Source of the DNA: Candidatus Acidiferrales bacterium
Lineage (GTDB): Bacteria > Acidobacteriota > Terriglobia > Acidiferrales > 2-02-FULL-67-57
Length of the DNA stretch: 64,000 nt
Reading direction: 5' to 3'
Assembly (NCBI GenBank): GCA_965247455.1
Contig: CBDFHE010000018.1
Coordinates: forward strand, 404,566-468,565
This document shows positions 25,181 through 33,320 of this stretch, in pieces; positions within the stretch are counted from its first letter, which is position 1; the number at the start of each line of letters is the position of its first letter. The translations under genes were made by a program, and so were the position numbers. The notes under the pieces were generated by a model. That model searched no databases. It saw only the letters and a list, made by a program, of their open reading frames with translations, and was not told where the DNA came from.

Positions 25181-25807
25181 CTATTTTGTTATCACCGTCT
25201 CCGCGAAAAAGCGCTGGCGGATGAAGTCGGCGAGGGCTGCGGGACACATCCGGCTGAGGCCCACCGTGAAGACCGGGCGCTGGGTTAATGGCTTCAGCGA
25301 AACATCATTCCACTGGGGAGTTGTTGCGTTCGATTCCAGTACGACGTAGGCGTCGGCGCGGTCGAGCATCGTGCGCGCCGAGACTTTGAAGTCCGGCTGC
25401 GAAAAGTCGAGCACCGGCAAATAGATCTCCGGCCGCAGGAAATTGAGCACGGTGTTGCTTTCGAGGATGACGTTTTCCGCCCAAGCGATCTCCTCCCGCA
25501 GCAGCGGCATGGCCTCGGCCAAGCGGCCTTGTTTGGCGCGCACCCAGAGCGAGCGTGCGGCGCCGGCCACCAGAAAGCGCGAGGTGTCGGTCTGGCCGCT
25601 GCGGTCGGTCTCTTCCTCGACCGCGAAGCTGTGCTCGTCCACCGCGCAACCGCACGCCTTGCCGTTCACGGAGCAGATACCGTGGCCGTACTGCGTAATC
25701 TTGGCCGCGGTCCAGCGCGCCTGGGGAAAGGCGCGGATGATTTCCACCACCAGTTGCGTCTTGCCGATGTTGCGCGTGTGCCCGCCGACCACCAAGATGC
25801 GCGGCAT
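25181..25807 (-). CDS. hypothetical protein with P-loop-like N-terminus (MobB-like?)
   Basis: MPRILVVGGHTRNIGKTQLVVEII resembles a degenerate Walker A. A Cys cluster HGICSVNGKACGC is present. Downstream of lpxD on the same strand. Confidence 0.5.
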   Translation of the reverse strand: MPRILVVGGHTRNIGKTQLVVEIIRAFPQARWTAAKITQYGHGICSVNGKACGCAVDEHSFAVEEETDRSGQTDTSRFLVAGAARSLWVRAKQGRLAEAMPLLREEIAWAENVILESNTVLNFLRPEIYLPVLDFSQPDFKVSARTMLDRADAYVVLESNATTPQWNDVSLKPLTQRPVFTVGLSRMCPAALADFIRQRFFAETVITK

Positions 25808-25879
25808 AGTCTATTCCTCGGCGCGAATCACCCCTATTATCTCCCCCCACCTGCCCAAGTCACAACCTGCGGCAACCAC

Positions 25880-26893
25880 CTATTTCACCTTGCGCTCCAG
25901 CGCAGCCAGGCGCGCGGCCAGCTCCGGCAGGCGGGCGATGTAAGGATAAGACTTCTTGAACTCGGCCAGCGGGCGCGCCGGCGTGCCCCAGACGGTCTGC
26001 TTCTTGCGGATGATCTTGTGGGTGGGGATGCCCGCCCCAGAACAGAGGACGGCGTCGTCTTCGATGCGGACGTGGTCGCCGAAGCCGACTTGCCCACCGA
26101 TGGTCACACGGTTGCCGATGGCACAACTACCGGAGATGCCGGTCTGGGCGGCGATGACGCAGCCGTGGCCGATGAGTACATTGTGCCCGACGTGGACCAG
26201 GTTGTCGAGCTTGGTGCCGCGCCCGATGCGGGTCTTGTCCAGCGCGCCCCGGTCAATGGTGCAGTTGGCGCCGATTTCCACGTCGTCTTCGATCACCACC
26301 GTGCCGCGCTGCGGAAACTTTTCCCACCCGGCGTCGGTGGGGACGTATCCGAAGCCGTCGGAACCGATCACCGCGCCGCTGTGCACGCGCACACGCGCCC
26401 CCAGGCGGACATTGCGGTACAAGGTGACGCGCGGAAACAAAACGCAGCCCTCGCCCAACTCGACCTCGGCACCCAGGCAGCAGCCGGGCCCGATCTGGCA
26501 GTGGGCGCCGATGCGCGCTCCTTCTTCAATCACGGCGTGGGCGCCCACCGCCACATCTTCCCCCAGTGTGGCGCTGGGATGGATGGCGGCGCTGGGGTGG
26601 ATGCCGGTGACCACGGGCGGCTCCGGCAGCAGCAGCTCGACCGCGCGAGCAAAGACCCGCTTGGGCTGCTGTACGCGGATGAGGGTCTTGCCGGGGGTCG
26701 TAACGCCGCTCGTCACCAGCACCGCACCGGCCGCCGAGGCCAACGCCGCCGACAAATGTTTTTCCGACTCCACGTAGATCAAATCTCCTGCGCGAGCGTT
26801 CTCCAGACTCGCGACCCCGCGCAGAACGGTGGTTGGGTCGCCCATCACTTCCCCGCCCAAGCGGGCGGCCAGTTCGCCGGCGGTGATTGCCAT
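25880..26893 (-). CDS. lpxD: UDP-3-O-acylglucosamine N-acyltransferase
   Basis: N-terminal LpxD domain ([17 protein letters not shown].., [14 protein letters not shown]), then left-handed beta-helix hexapeptide repeats and a C-terminal helix. Confidence 0.9.
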   Translation of the reverse strand: MAITAGELAARLGGEVMGDPTTVLRGVASLENARAGDLIYVESEKHLSAALASAAGAVLVTSGVTTPGKTLIRVQQPKRVFARAVELLLPEPPVVTGIHPSAAIHPSATLGEDVAVGAHAVIEEGARIGAHCQIGPGCCLGAEVELGEGCVLFPRVTLYRNVRLGARVRVHSGAVIGSDGFGYVPTDAGWEKFPQRGTVVIEDDVEIGANCTIDRGALDKTRIGRGTKLDNLVHVGHNVLIGHGCVIAAQTGISGSCAIGNRVTIGGQVGFGDHVRIEDDAVLCSGAGIPTHKIIRKKQTVWGTPARPLAEFKKSYPYIARLPELAARLAALERKVK

Positions 26894-26950
26894 GGCTCTC
26901 TCTCCTTCCGGGTGAACACGAAACTGCTACAAGTGCCCGCCACAGTCCCC

Positions 26951-27038
26951 GGTAGTGCTCCAATTTCGCACCGAGCCCCCAGGCCCTTCAGGACGAGCCC
27001 CTGCCTGGGGGATACTGTCTGTACAGCAGGACACTACC
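26951..27038. repeat. short variant of the MITE-like element (~88 bp)
   Basis: GGTAGTGCTCCAATTTCGCACCGAGCCCCCAGGCCC...CCTGCCTGGGGG...GACACTACC shares the TIRs and the CCCCAGG/CCTGGGG hairpin with 16945-17092. It lacks the central module, and no flanking duplication is seen. Confidence 0.7.
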
Positions 27039-27130
27039 AACCCGCGGGCCAACTTGCGCTCGCTGGGGAGTATAACGTAAGCTTGCCCGCTTGCTGAAAG
27101 TCCCGCACTCGCGAAACTAGGCACAACGGT

Positions 27131-27913
27131 ATGACCGCGTCCGAAGGAATCCACCCCAGCGCCATCGTGCACGGCAGCGCCCGCGTGGACCCGACCGCCG
27201 TCATCGGTCCCTACTGTGTGGTGGAAGAAGGCGTCGAGATCGGCGCCGGCACGCGGCTGGACGCGCACGTAGTGGCGCACCGCGGCGTGCGCATCGGGCG
27301 CGACTGCCACATTCACAGCGGCGTAGTGCTGGGCCACACGCCCATGGTGCGCGACGCAGTGACGAAGGAAAGCTTCGTCGAAATCGGCGACCGCTGCAAC
27401 TTCTTCCCCAACATCACGGTGGAGCGCGGGCACGGCGAGGGAACAGTGACGCGCATCGGGCCGGACTGCTTCCTCATGACCGAAGTGCACATCGGGCACA
27501 ACTCGGTGCTGGGGCAACACGTCACGCTGGCCAGCGGGGTAGCGCTGGGCGGTTTTTCGGTGGATGAAGACTACGCCTTCATCGGCAGCGGGGCGGGGCA
27601 GCACCAGCACGTGCGCGTGGGCCGGCTGGCGATGGTGGGCGGCAACGTGCGCATCATCCAAGATGTTCCGCCTTTCCTGCTGGTGGCGGAGTTCGACGTG
27701 GCGGCCAAGGGGCTGAACCTGGTGGGGCTGAAGCGCGCCGGGCTGTCGCCGGAGAAAATCTCCGCCCTCAAGCGCGCCTACCGGCTGCTCTACCGCTCCA
27801 AACTTTCGTTGAAAGCAGCGCTGGCGCGCATCGAGAAAGAAGTGGCGACCGAAGAAGCGCTCTACCTGGTCAACTTCATCCGCCAATCCGAGCGCGGCAT
27901 CTGCCGGGAATAG
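27131..27913 (+). CDS. lpxA: acyl-ACP:UDP-N-acetylglucosamine O-acyltransferase
   Basis: IHPSAIVHGSARV.. hexapeptide beta-helix followed by the LpxA C-terminal helical domain (GLNLVGLKRAGLSPEKISALKRAYRLLYRS). Confidence 0.9.
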   Translation: MTASEGIHPSAIVHGSARVDPTAVIGPYCVVEEGVEIGAGTRLDAHVVAHRGVRIGRDCHIHSGVVLGHTPMVRDAVTKESFVEIGDRCNFFPNITVERGHGEGTVTRIGPDCFLMTEVHIGHNSVLGQHVTLASGVALGGFSVDEDYAFIGSGAGQHQHVRVGRLAMVGGNVRIIQDVPPFLLVAEFDVAAKGLNLVGLKRAGLSPEKISALKRAYRLLYRSKLSLKAALARIEKEVATEEALYLVNFIRQSERGICRE

Positions 27914-27939
27914 TTGATTAGTTAATTGGTTGATTGGGG
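27914..27939. repeat. AT-rich TTGATTGG-type direct-repeat patch
   Basis: TTGATTAGTTAATTGGTTGATTGGGG follows directly after the lpxA TAG. Related to the longer patch at 35701-35757. Confidence 0.7.
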
Positions 27940-27970
27940 TAGAGTGACGCCCGCTGCATATCGTCGATCC

Positions 27971-28960
27971 TCAATCAGGGTAGAGTGAGGGAAGCCCGCG
28001 GGGGCGGGTGCGCCAGCGGCGATGGATCCAAAGCCACTGGTCGGGGTAGCGGCGGATGTAGCTCTCAATCACTTTGGTGAAGCGGGCGGTATTCTCCACC
28101 ACGTCGCGCTCCTGATCGCCGGTGCGGACGAGTTCCAGCGCCGGGTCAAAGCGCAGGCGGTACTTTTTCCGATTCTCGTCCCATAGAACGAAGCCGGGCA
28201 CCACCGCCGCGTCGGTGCGCAGGGCCAAGCGCGCCAGCCCGGCCGAGGTGCTGGCGGGGACGCCGAAGAAGTCCACAAAGACATTGGAGTCGCCTTCCAG
28301 GACGTTCTGATCCATCAGGATGCCGACCACACCGCCACGGCGCAGCTCCTCCAGCACGGCGCGGGCGGCGTTTCGACGGTCGATGGGGCGGTTGCCGGCG
28401 GCGCCGCGGTGGCGGTTGACCAGCGCGTCCACCAACGGATTGTCCAGGGGACGATTGACGTAAACCAGGGGATAGCCGTTGACCGAGTGCGAGAAGGAGC
28501 TCAGCTCCCACGCCCCCACGTGAGCGGTCAGGTAGAGCACGCCTTTGCCGCGGGCGGCGGCCTGCTGATAGTTCTCTAGCCCGTCGTACTCGATCACCTG
28601 CTGGATGGTTTCCGCCGTGTGGCGCGGGAAGCGCGCAAACTCGGCCAGCAGCCAGCCCCACCGGCGAAACGCCTGGCGCAGAATGTGCCGCCGCTCGCGG
28701 CGCGAACGGCCAGGGAAAGCCAGCCGCAAGTTGAACGCCCCGATTCGCCGCCAGCGCCCGTGGAGCCAATAGATCGCCAGCGCCAGAGCTGCTCCCACGG
28801 CGCGCGCCACCGGCCGCGGCAACCCGCGCAGCAGGGCAAACAACACCACCACGGCGGCATACTCCAAGAGGTGCCGCCGGCGCGACTCGTTCCATCTTGT
28901 GGGGGCGGAACGATCCGGCGCTGCTTTGGTTTCCTTTTCGTCCAGCGTCAAGGTTGGCAT
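27971..28960 (-). CDS. lysophospholipid/lipid A biosynthesis acyltransferase (LpxL/HtrB family)
   Basis: N-terminal TM helix, family-typical length and segments (YLTAHVGAWE.., MDQN......V.FFG). The HX4D-type acyltransferase region is recognisable. Confidence 0.75.
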   Translation of the reverse strand: MPTLTLDEKETKAAPDRSAPTRWNESRRRHLLEYAAVVVLFALLRGLPRPVARAVGAALALAIYWLHGRWRRIGAFNLRLAFPGRSRRERRHILRQAFRRWGWLLAEFARFPRHTAETIQQVIEYDGLENYQQAAARGKGVLYLTAHVGAWELSSFSHSVNGYPLVYVNRPLDNPLVDALVNRHRGAAGNRPIDRRNAARAVLEELRRGGVVGILMDQNVLEGDSNVFVDFFGVPASTSAGLARLALRTDAAVVPGFVLWDENRKKYRLRFDPALELVRTGDQERDVVENTARFTKVIESYIRRYPDQWLWIHRRWRTRPRGLPSLYPD

Positions 28961-28969
28961 CTCGACGGC

Positions 28970-29665
28970 TTACTGCGCTTGCGGCTGGGCCGCCGGCTTG
29001 CGGGCAATGACGATCCAGTCCTGCCGGTGGAGAGCAGAAAATCGCTCAGGAGCATGCACGCATACCATGCGCTCAATGTGGAGGTTGTGGTGGCGCAGCA
29101 AGCGCACCAGGGATTCCCGCGAAAAGAAAAACGGGTGAGGCGCCTCCCGGAGGAAGGGCACGGCCCGCTCTATGGTTGAGCGAACCGCGGCAAACAGGCG
29201 CGGGTGCGTATAGACGCCCACCGCGATGATGCTCCCCGGGCGTGTCACCCGAACAAGCTCGCCCACGAAGCGCGAGGGTGAAATCACGTGGTCAATGACG
29301 TTAAAGGAAAAGGCCGCATCGAACACGGTATTTTGAAACGGCAGTTGCTCTCCCAAACAGCCAACAAAATGCCCATCAATCGAATCGGTGCAAAGAGGGC
29401 GATACACGGTCGCTAGGGGGTCCGCAAAGACGTGCGAGACGCTGCGCAGCACCCTGGTAGCACAAGTAGGCCCGCTCCCGACCTCCAGCACGGCCTTTCC
29501 CAACCGGCCTTGCCGCTCCATCTCGGTGAGCAAACCCTCGTAGCGCTCCCTCACGCGCTGCGACTGCGGCGGCACGGCGTTGGGCTTGACCCAGAACCCG
29601 GCCTCGTGCACTTGTGCCTGCCTCCACCGCGTCCTCTTCACATCCCGCAGCGACCACGGAATCAT
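28970..29665 (-). CDS. class I SAM-dependent methyltransferase
   Basis: Motif I VLEVGSGPT and post-I/II segments (FDAAFSFNVIDHV, RPGSIIAV). 9 nt upstream of the acyltransferase gene. Confidence 0.75.
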   Translation of the reverse strand: MIPWSLRDVKRTRWRQAQVHEAGFWVKPNAVPPQSQRVRERYEGLLTEMERQGRLGKAVLEVGSGPTCATRVLRSVSHVFADPLATVYRPLCTDSIDGHFVGCLGEQLPFQNTVFDAAFSFNVIDHVISPSRFVGELVRVTRPGSIIAVGVYTHPRLFAAVRSTIERAVPFLREAPHPFFFSRESLVRLLRHHNLHIERMVCVHAPERFSALHRQDWIVIARKPAAQPQAQ

Positions 29666-29863
29666 AGGTTTCTCCGCATGTCTTTCTTGCTTTCCACTCT
29701 GCGCACCTCGCAGCCCGCGAAAATAATAAATGCAACTTCAGCCTCAACTTTAGTTGTCGCCGAAATGCTACTCCGGCCGGCCTCTTACTTCAAGGTCAGA
29801 GCGCCCTCAGCTCGCTCCCTCTCACAACGCAGGATCAGCAGCAAGGCCTGCCGGGCGGTTAAA

Positions 29864-30904
29864 CTACCGGCGCACCCTCGCAGCGACTAACGGCAGAGTG
29901 CGGAGGAAAAAGGTCACAATCTGATTCTCGTAGTTGCGGCGTTCCATATCCCCCAGCGAAGCCATGTTTGTGCGCGGCAAGGGGAGCAGTTCCTTAGGAC
30001 CCGGAGCTGCGTCGTAGAGTTCCTGGGTGAAGGTGGCCAAGCCGGGCGCATCATTGCCGGAGACAAACAGTTTTGGCATACCGGCGAGGGCATCGAGGGC
30101 AAGGCGAGGGTCGGGGTGATCGTGGTAGAGGTAAGCCAGCAGGCGAAACTGCGATAGGGTGACTTCCCCCAGCCAGGGGATCGACTCAGCTCCCGAGTTG
30201 CCCAACTCCAGTCGCAGCAGATCACTGGGGCTCGCGTACACCGAGTCCAGGACCAGGGCTTTCACTTGCTCGGACTGTTGCGCCACGCTCAGGGCGGCGT
30301 AGGCGCCAAGGGAATAGCCCCAGAGTCCGATGCGGTTGCTGTCCACATCTTTCCGCTGGGCCAGCAGGCGCAGGACCGCCCGCAACTCTTCGCTTTCCTG
30401 GTAGCCGAAGGTGGCGTAGCCCACCGGGCTATCGCCGTGCCCGGCGAAGTTAAAGGCAAAAACATTGTAGCGGTGCTGTTGCAACGAGGTACCCAAGGTG
30501 AGGATTTCCTGGCGGTTGGAACGGTAGCCGTGGCAGATGACAATCACCGGCGCGCCGCGCAAGCCGGGAAAGAACCATCCATTGCGGGTCCGATTGTCGG
30601 GGCCCTGGAATTCCACCCGCTGGGCATTGCCTAGGAATTCGGTGGGATCAATGGTTTCGCTGGAATGGGGCGGGATGAGGACACGCGCCAGCAGGAAACC
30701 GCCCACGGTATATAAGGAGATTAAAGAAAAAACGATGGCCGCCAAGCTCGCGGCTATGACCTTGCCGCGCGAAGTAGTCGGATAGCGGAGCTCGTTCAGC
30801 AAATGGCCAATGGCCACCAAGACGCCCCGCTCGCGTCGGCGACCGTAACGGTGCGCTGCCACAGACGAATCCCGCCCTCTCCCAAAAAATAATGCTGGCG
30901 GCAT
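29864..30904 (-). CDS. membrane-anchored alpha/beta hydrolase
   Basis: TM helix (VIAASLAAIVFSLISLYTVGGFLL), HGY oxyanion region (VIVICHGYRSN) and nucleophile elbow GLWGYSLGA. The ORF opens at 30955; ATG 30904 was chosen. Confidence 0.7.
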   Translation of the reverse strand: MPPALFFGRGRDSSVAAHRYGRRRERGVLVAIGHLLNELRYPTTSRGKVIAASLAAIVFSLISLYTVGGFLLARVLIPPHSSETIDPTEFLGNAQRVEFQGPDNRTRNGWFFPGLRGAPVIVICHGYRSNRQEILTLGTSLQQHRYNVFAFNFAGHGDSPVGYATFGYQESEELRAVLRLLAQRKDVDSNRIGLWGYSLGAYAALSVAQQSEQVKALVLDSVYASPSDLLRLELGNSGAESIPWLGEVTLSQFRLLAYLYHDHPDPRLALDALAGMPKLFVSGNDAPGLATFTQELYDAAPGPKELLPLPRTNMASLGDMERRNYENQIVTFFLRTLPLVAARVRR

Positions 30905-31036
30905 CTTATCACAGCCGGTTGCATTTTCTAGCGCTGCCCGGTGGCCGGGACGCAAGCCCGAAACACCGGCGCGACTTTTTCCTTCCTTTCCCGCCTCTGC
31001 CTATCGTATCCTCGCACCGGACGCTCGGGAGTGGAA

Positions 31037-31636
31037 ATGAGCCTGCGAACCTTTGCCAGAGAAGTTCTGACCGACTTTCAGACCACCGCCGCCATCGCCC
31101 CCAGCTCGAACTCGCTCGTCCAAGCTATGCTGGAACCCCTGCCCCTGCGCGAAGCAAAGCTTGTGGTGGAACTGGGCCCCGGCACCGGTGTAATGACGCG
31201 GGCGCTGCTGGATCGGGTGCCCAAGAACGCTGTCCTGCTCGCTTTCGAAATCAACCCCCGCTTTTTCCGCTATCTGAGCAAAGTCTCGTCCGACCCGCGC
31301 TTCCGTCTGATCAACGCCGGAGCAGAGACCCTGCCAGCAGAGCTCCGCCGCCGGGGCTACCAACGGGTGGACGCGGTGGTTTCCTCGTTGGGTCTGAGCC
31401 TGATGCCCGACCAACAACGGCACGCCATCTTGGGCGGGCTGCTTCCTTTCATGGGCCCGAAGAGCGCCTTTACCCAGTTTCACTACATCCACGCCGCAGC
31501 CTACTACCGGGTGGAGAACGGCCGGCCAAGCCGCTTCAACGGCGAGCAGTTGCTGCGGCGATACTTCAACACCGTCCAGCGCCGCAGCGTCTGGCTGAAC
31601 CTTCCCCCCGCTTTCGCCTTTGCCTGCCGTCCCTAG
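31037..31636 (+). CDS. class I SAM-dependent methyltransferase (phospholipid/rRNA-adenine N-methyltransferase-like)
   Basis: TAAIAPSSNSLVQAM and VVELGPGTGVMTRALL are typical of the COG3963-like methyltransferases. ATG 31037 was chosen over the ORF opening at 30941. Confidence 0.75.
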   Translation: MSLRTFAREVLTDFQTTAAIAPSSNSLVQAMLEPLPLREAKLVVELGPGTGVMTRALLDRVPKNAVLLAFEINPRFFRYLSKVSSDPRFRLINAGAETLPAELRRRGYQRVDAVVSSLGLSLMPDQQRHAILGGLLPFMGPKSAFTQFHYIHAAAYYRVENGRPSRFNGEQLLRRYFNTVQRRSVWLNLPPAFAFACRP

Positions 31637-31654
31637 CCGCGGCCGCTTGGCGGT

Positions 31655-31993
31655 TCATGCGCGGGGGCGGTAGCGCTCACGCTCCTCAAAGAAATCCATC
31701 ACAAAGCAGCGCGTCTTGAAGGTGGCGGAGTGCACCTGACCGGTCGGGATAAAGTAGTGGTCGCCGCGGCGATAGGTGCGCGTTTGCCCGTCGATAGTCA
31801 ACTCCATCTCGCCCTCCAACACCACACCCCACTGGGCGCCGTGGGCGTGCGGAGGCACAACTCCGATGGGCGCAATGTCAAGAAACACCACCGCCCCCAC
31901 CGGGCCTTGCAGCAGCCATCCTCGGACCCCCTGGAAGGAAATGTCGGCTTCCGGTAGGTTGCGAATCTCCGCGGGATAGAAGTGATCGGACAC
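31655..31993 (-). CDS. cupin domain protein
   Basis: 112 aa with a two-His cupin motif region (PPHAHGAQWGVVLEGEMELTIDGQ...GDHYFIPTGQVH). Confidence 0.75.
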   Translation of the reverse strand: MSDHFYPAEIRNLPEADISFQGVRGWLLQGPVGAVVFLDIAPIGVVPPHAHGAQWGVVLEGEMELTIDGQTRTYRRGDHYFIPTGQVHSATFKTRCFVMDFFEERERYRPRA

Positions 31994-32156
31994 GGTACCC
32001 CCCTTTGCCTGGGATGATTTTTCCGCAAGCTCTTCTTCGTCCTGCGGCTCACGCTACCAGGGCCCACGGCCGCCCGACAAGTGCCAAATTGGTTCCTGCC
32101 CAGTCGGTGCCGCCCCCGGCCCGGACCGGTGCTATAATGGCCTCCAAGTCTGCGTC

Positions 32157-33188
32157 ATGGCCGTGGCCCCGCAAATCTCCGCCTTTGACATCATCGACCT
32201 GCGGCTGCTGCGCGCCCGCGCCCTCAACCCGCTCTTCGAGGAACAGCAGCAGGTTTGGCTGGAGCAGTTGCACTGGGACTACCGCCCCTCAGTGGAAATG
32301 ATCCGGCGGAACATTGATTCGCACAGCCTCTCCGGCTACGTCGCCCTGATGCATCAGAAGGTGGTCGGCTACTGTTTCTTTGTTTACGAGGAGCACAAAG
32401 GGCTGGTGGGCGACCTCTACGTGCTGCGCGCCTTCCAAGCCCAGCGGCCCTACGGAACCGCCGCCGGCATCGCCACCCTGCTGCTGGAGCACGCGCTGCG
32501 GTCCCTGGAGAAAGCGCCGATGGTGCGCCGCATCGAAACGCAATTGATCCCCCTGGGCGGGGAGCCGCTCGACCCCGTCTTTCGCTCCTTTGGGTTGCAG
32601 CCCTTCCCACGACTCTTCATGTACAAGCAACTCTCCGGCCGGCCCACCGCTGACCGACCGCAACTGCGGGCAGGCACGCCGCCGATGCGCTCTCGTCCTG
32701 CCAGCGAATCCTGGGAGCTGCGCCGGTGGGAGGACCGCGACTTTGAGGACATGGCCTACCTGATCGTGGATGCCTACAGGGGCCACCTCGACAGCCAGAT
32801 CAATAACCAATACGCGCACTCGGCCGGGGCGATGCGCTTTCTGAAGAACATCGTGGTTTTCCCCGGCTGCGGCGTCTTCCAGCGCGAGACCTCGTTGGTG
32901 GCGGTCGAGCCCGCCGGCCGGAGCATGGTCGGCGCAGCGCTCACCTCTCGGGTGGCGCCACGCGTCGCCCACGTCACCCAAATCTGCGTCCGCCGCTCCT
33001 GGCAGGGGCGCGGCCTCGGCCGGGAGTTGATGCAGGAAACCCTGGGCCTGTTGACGACGCAAGGGTATGAGGGCGTCTCACTCACCGTCACGGCCGAGAA
33101 CCACTCCGCCGTCCACCTCTACCGCGACCTCGATTTCCACGTCATCAAGAAGTTCACCGCCTACGCCCACAATCTCGCTCGCCCGTAG
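32157..33188 (+). CDS. GNAT-family N-acetyltransferase (tandem GNAT-like halves)
   Basis: C-terminal half has the acetyl-CoA motif ICVRRSWQGRGLGRELM. The N-terminal half is a degenerate GNAT fold (GYCFFVYEEHKGLVGDLYV). Confidence 0.7.
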   Translation: MAVAPQISAFDIIDLRLLRARALNPLFEEQQQVWLEQLHWDYRPSVEMIRRNIDSHSLSGYVALMHQKVVGYCFFVYEEHKGLVGDLYVLRAFQAQRPYGTAAGIATLLLEHALRSLEKAPMVRRIETQLIPLGGEPLDPVFRSFGLQPFPRLFMYKQLSGRPTADRPQLRAGTPPMRSRPASESWELRRWEDRDFEDMAYLIVDAYRGHLDSQINNQYAHSAGAMRFLKNIVVFPGCGVFQRETSLVAVEPAGRSMVGAALTSRVAPRVAHVTQICVRRSWQGRGLGRELMQETLGLLTTQGYEGVSLTVTAENHSAVHLYRDLDFHVIKKFTAYAHNLARP

Positions 33189-33320
33189 CGGGCGCTCTCG
33201 CCTCCCGCGCCGGAAGCGAACAACCGAGTGGGCTAAAGCTGCAGCTTCGGACGTCGGCAAGCAATGTTGACGCACAGACGGAATGCAGCCTAAGATGCCC
33301 CCACTAAGGGGGCGCCTTCC

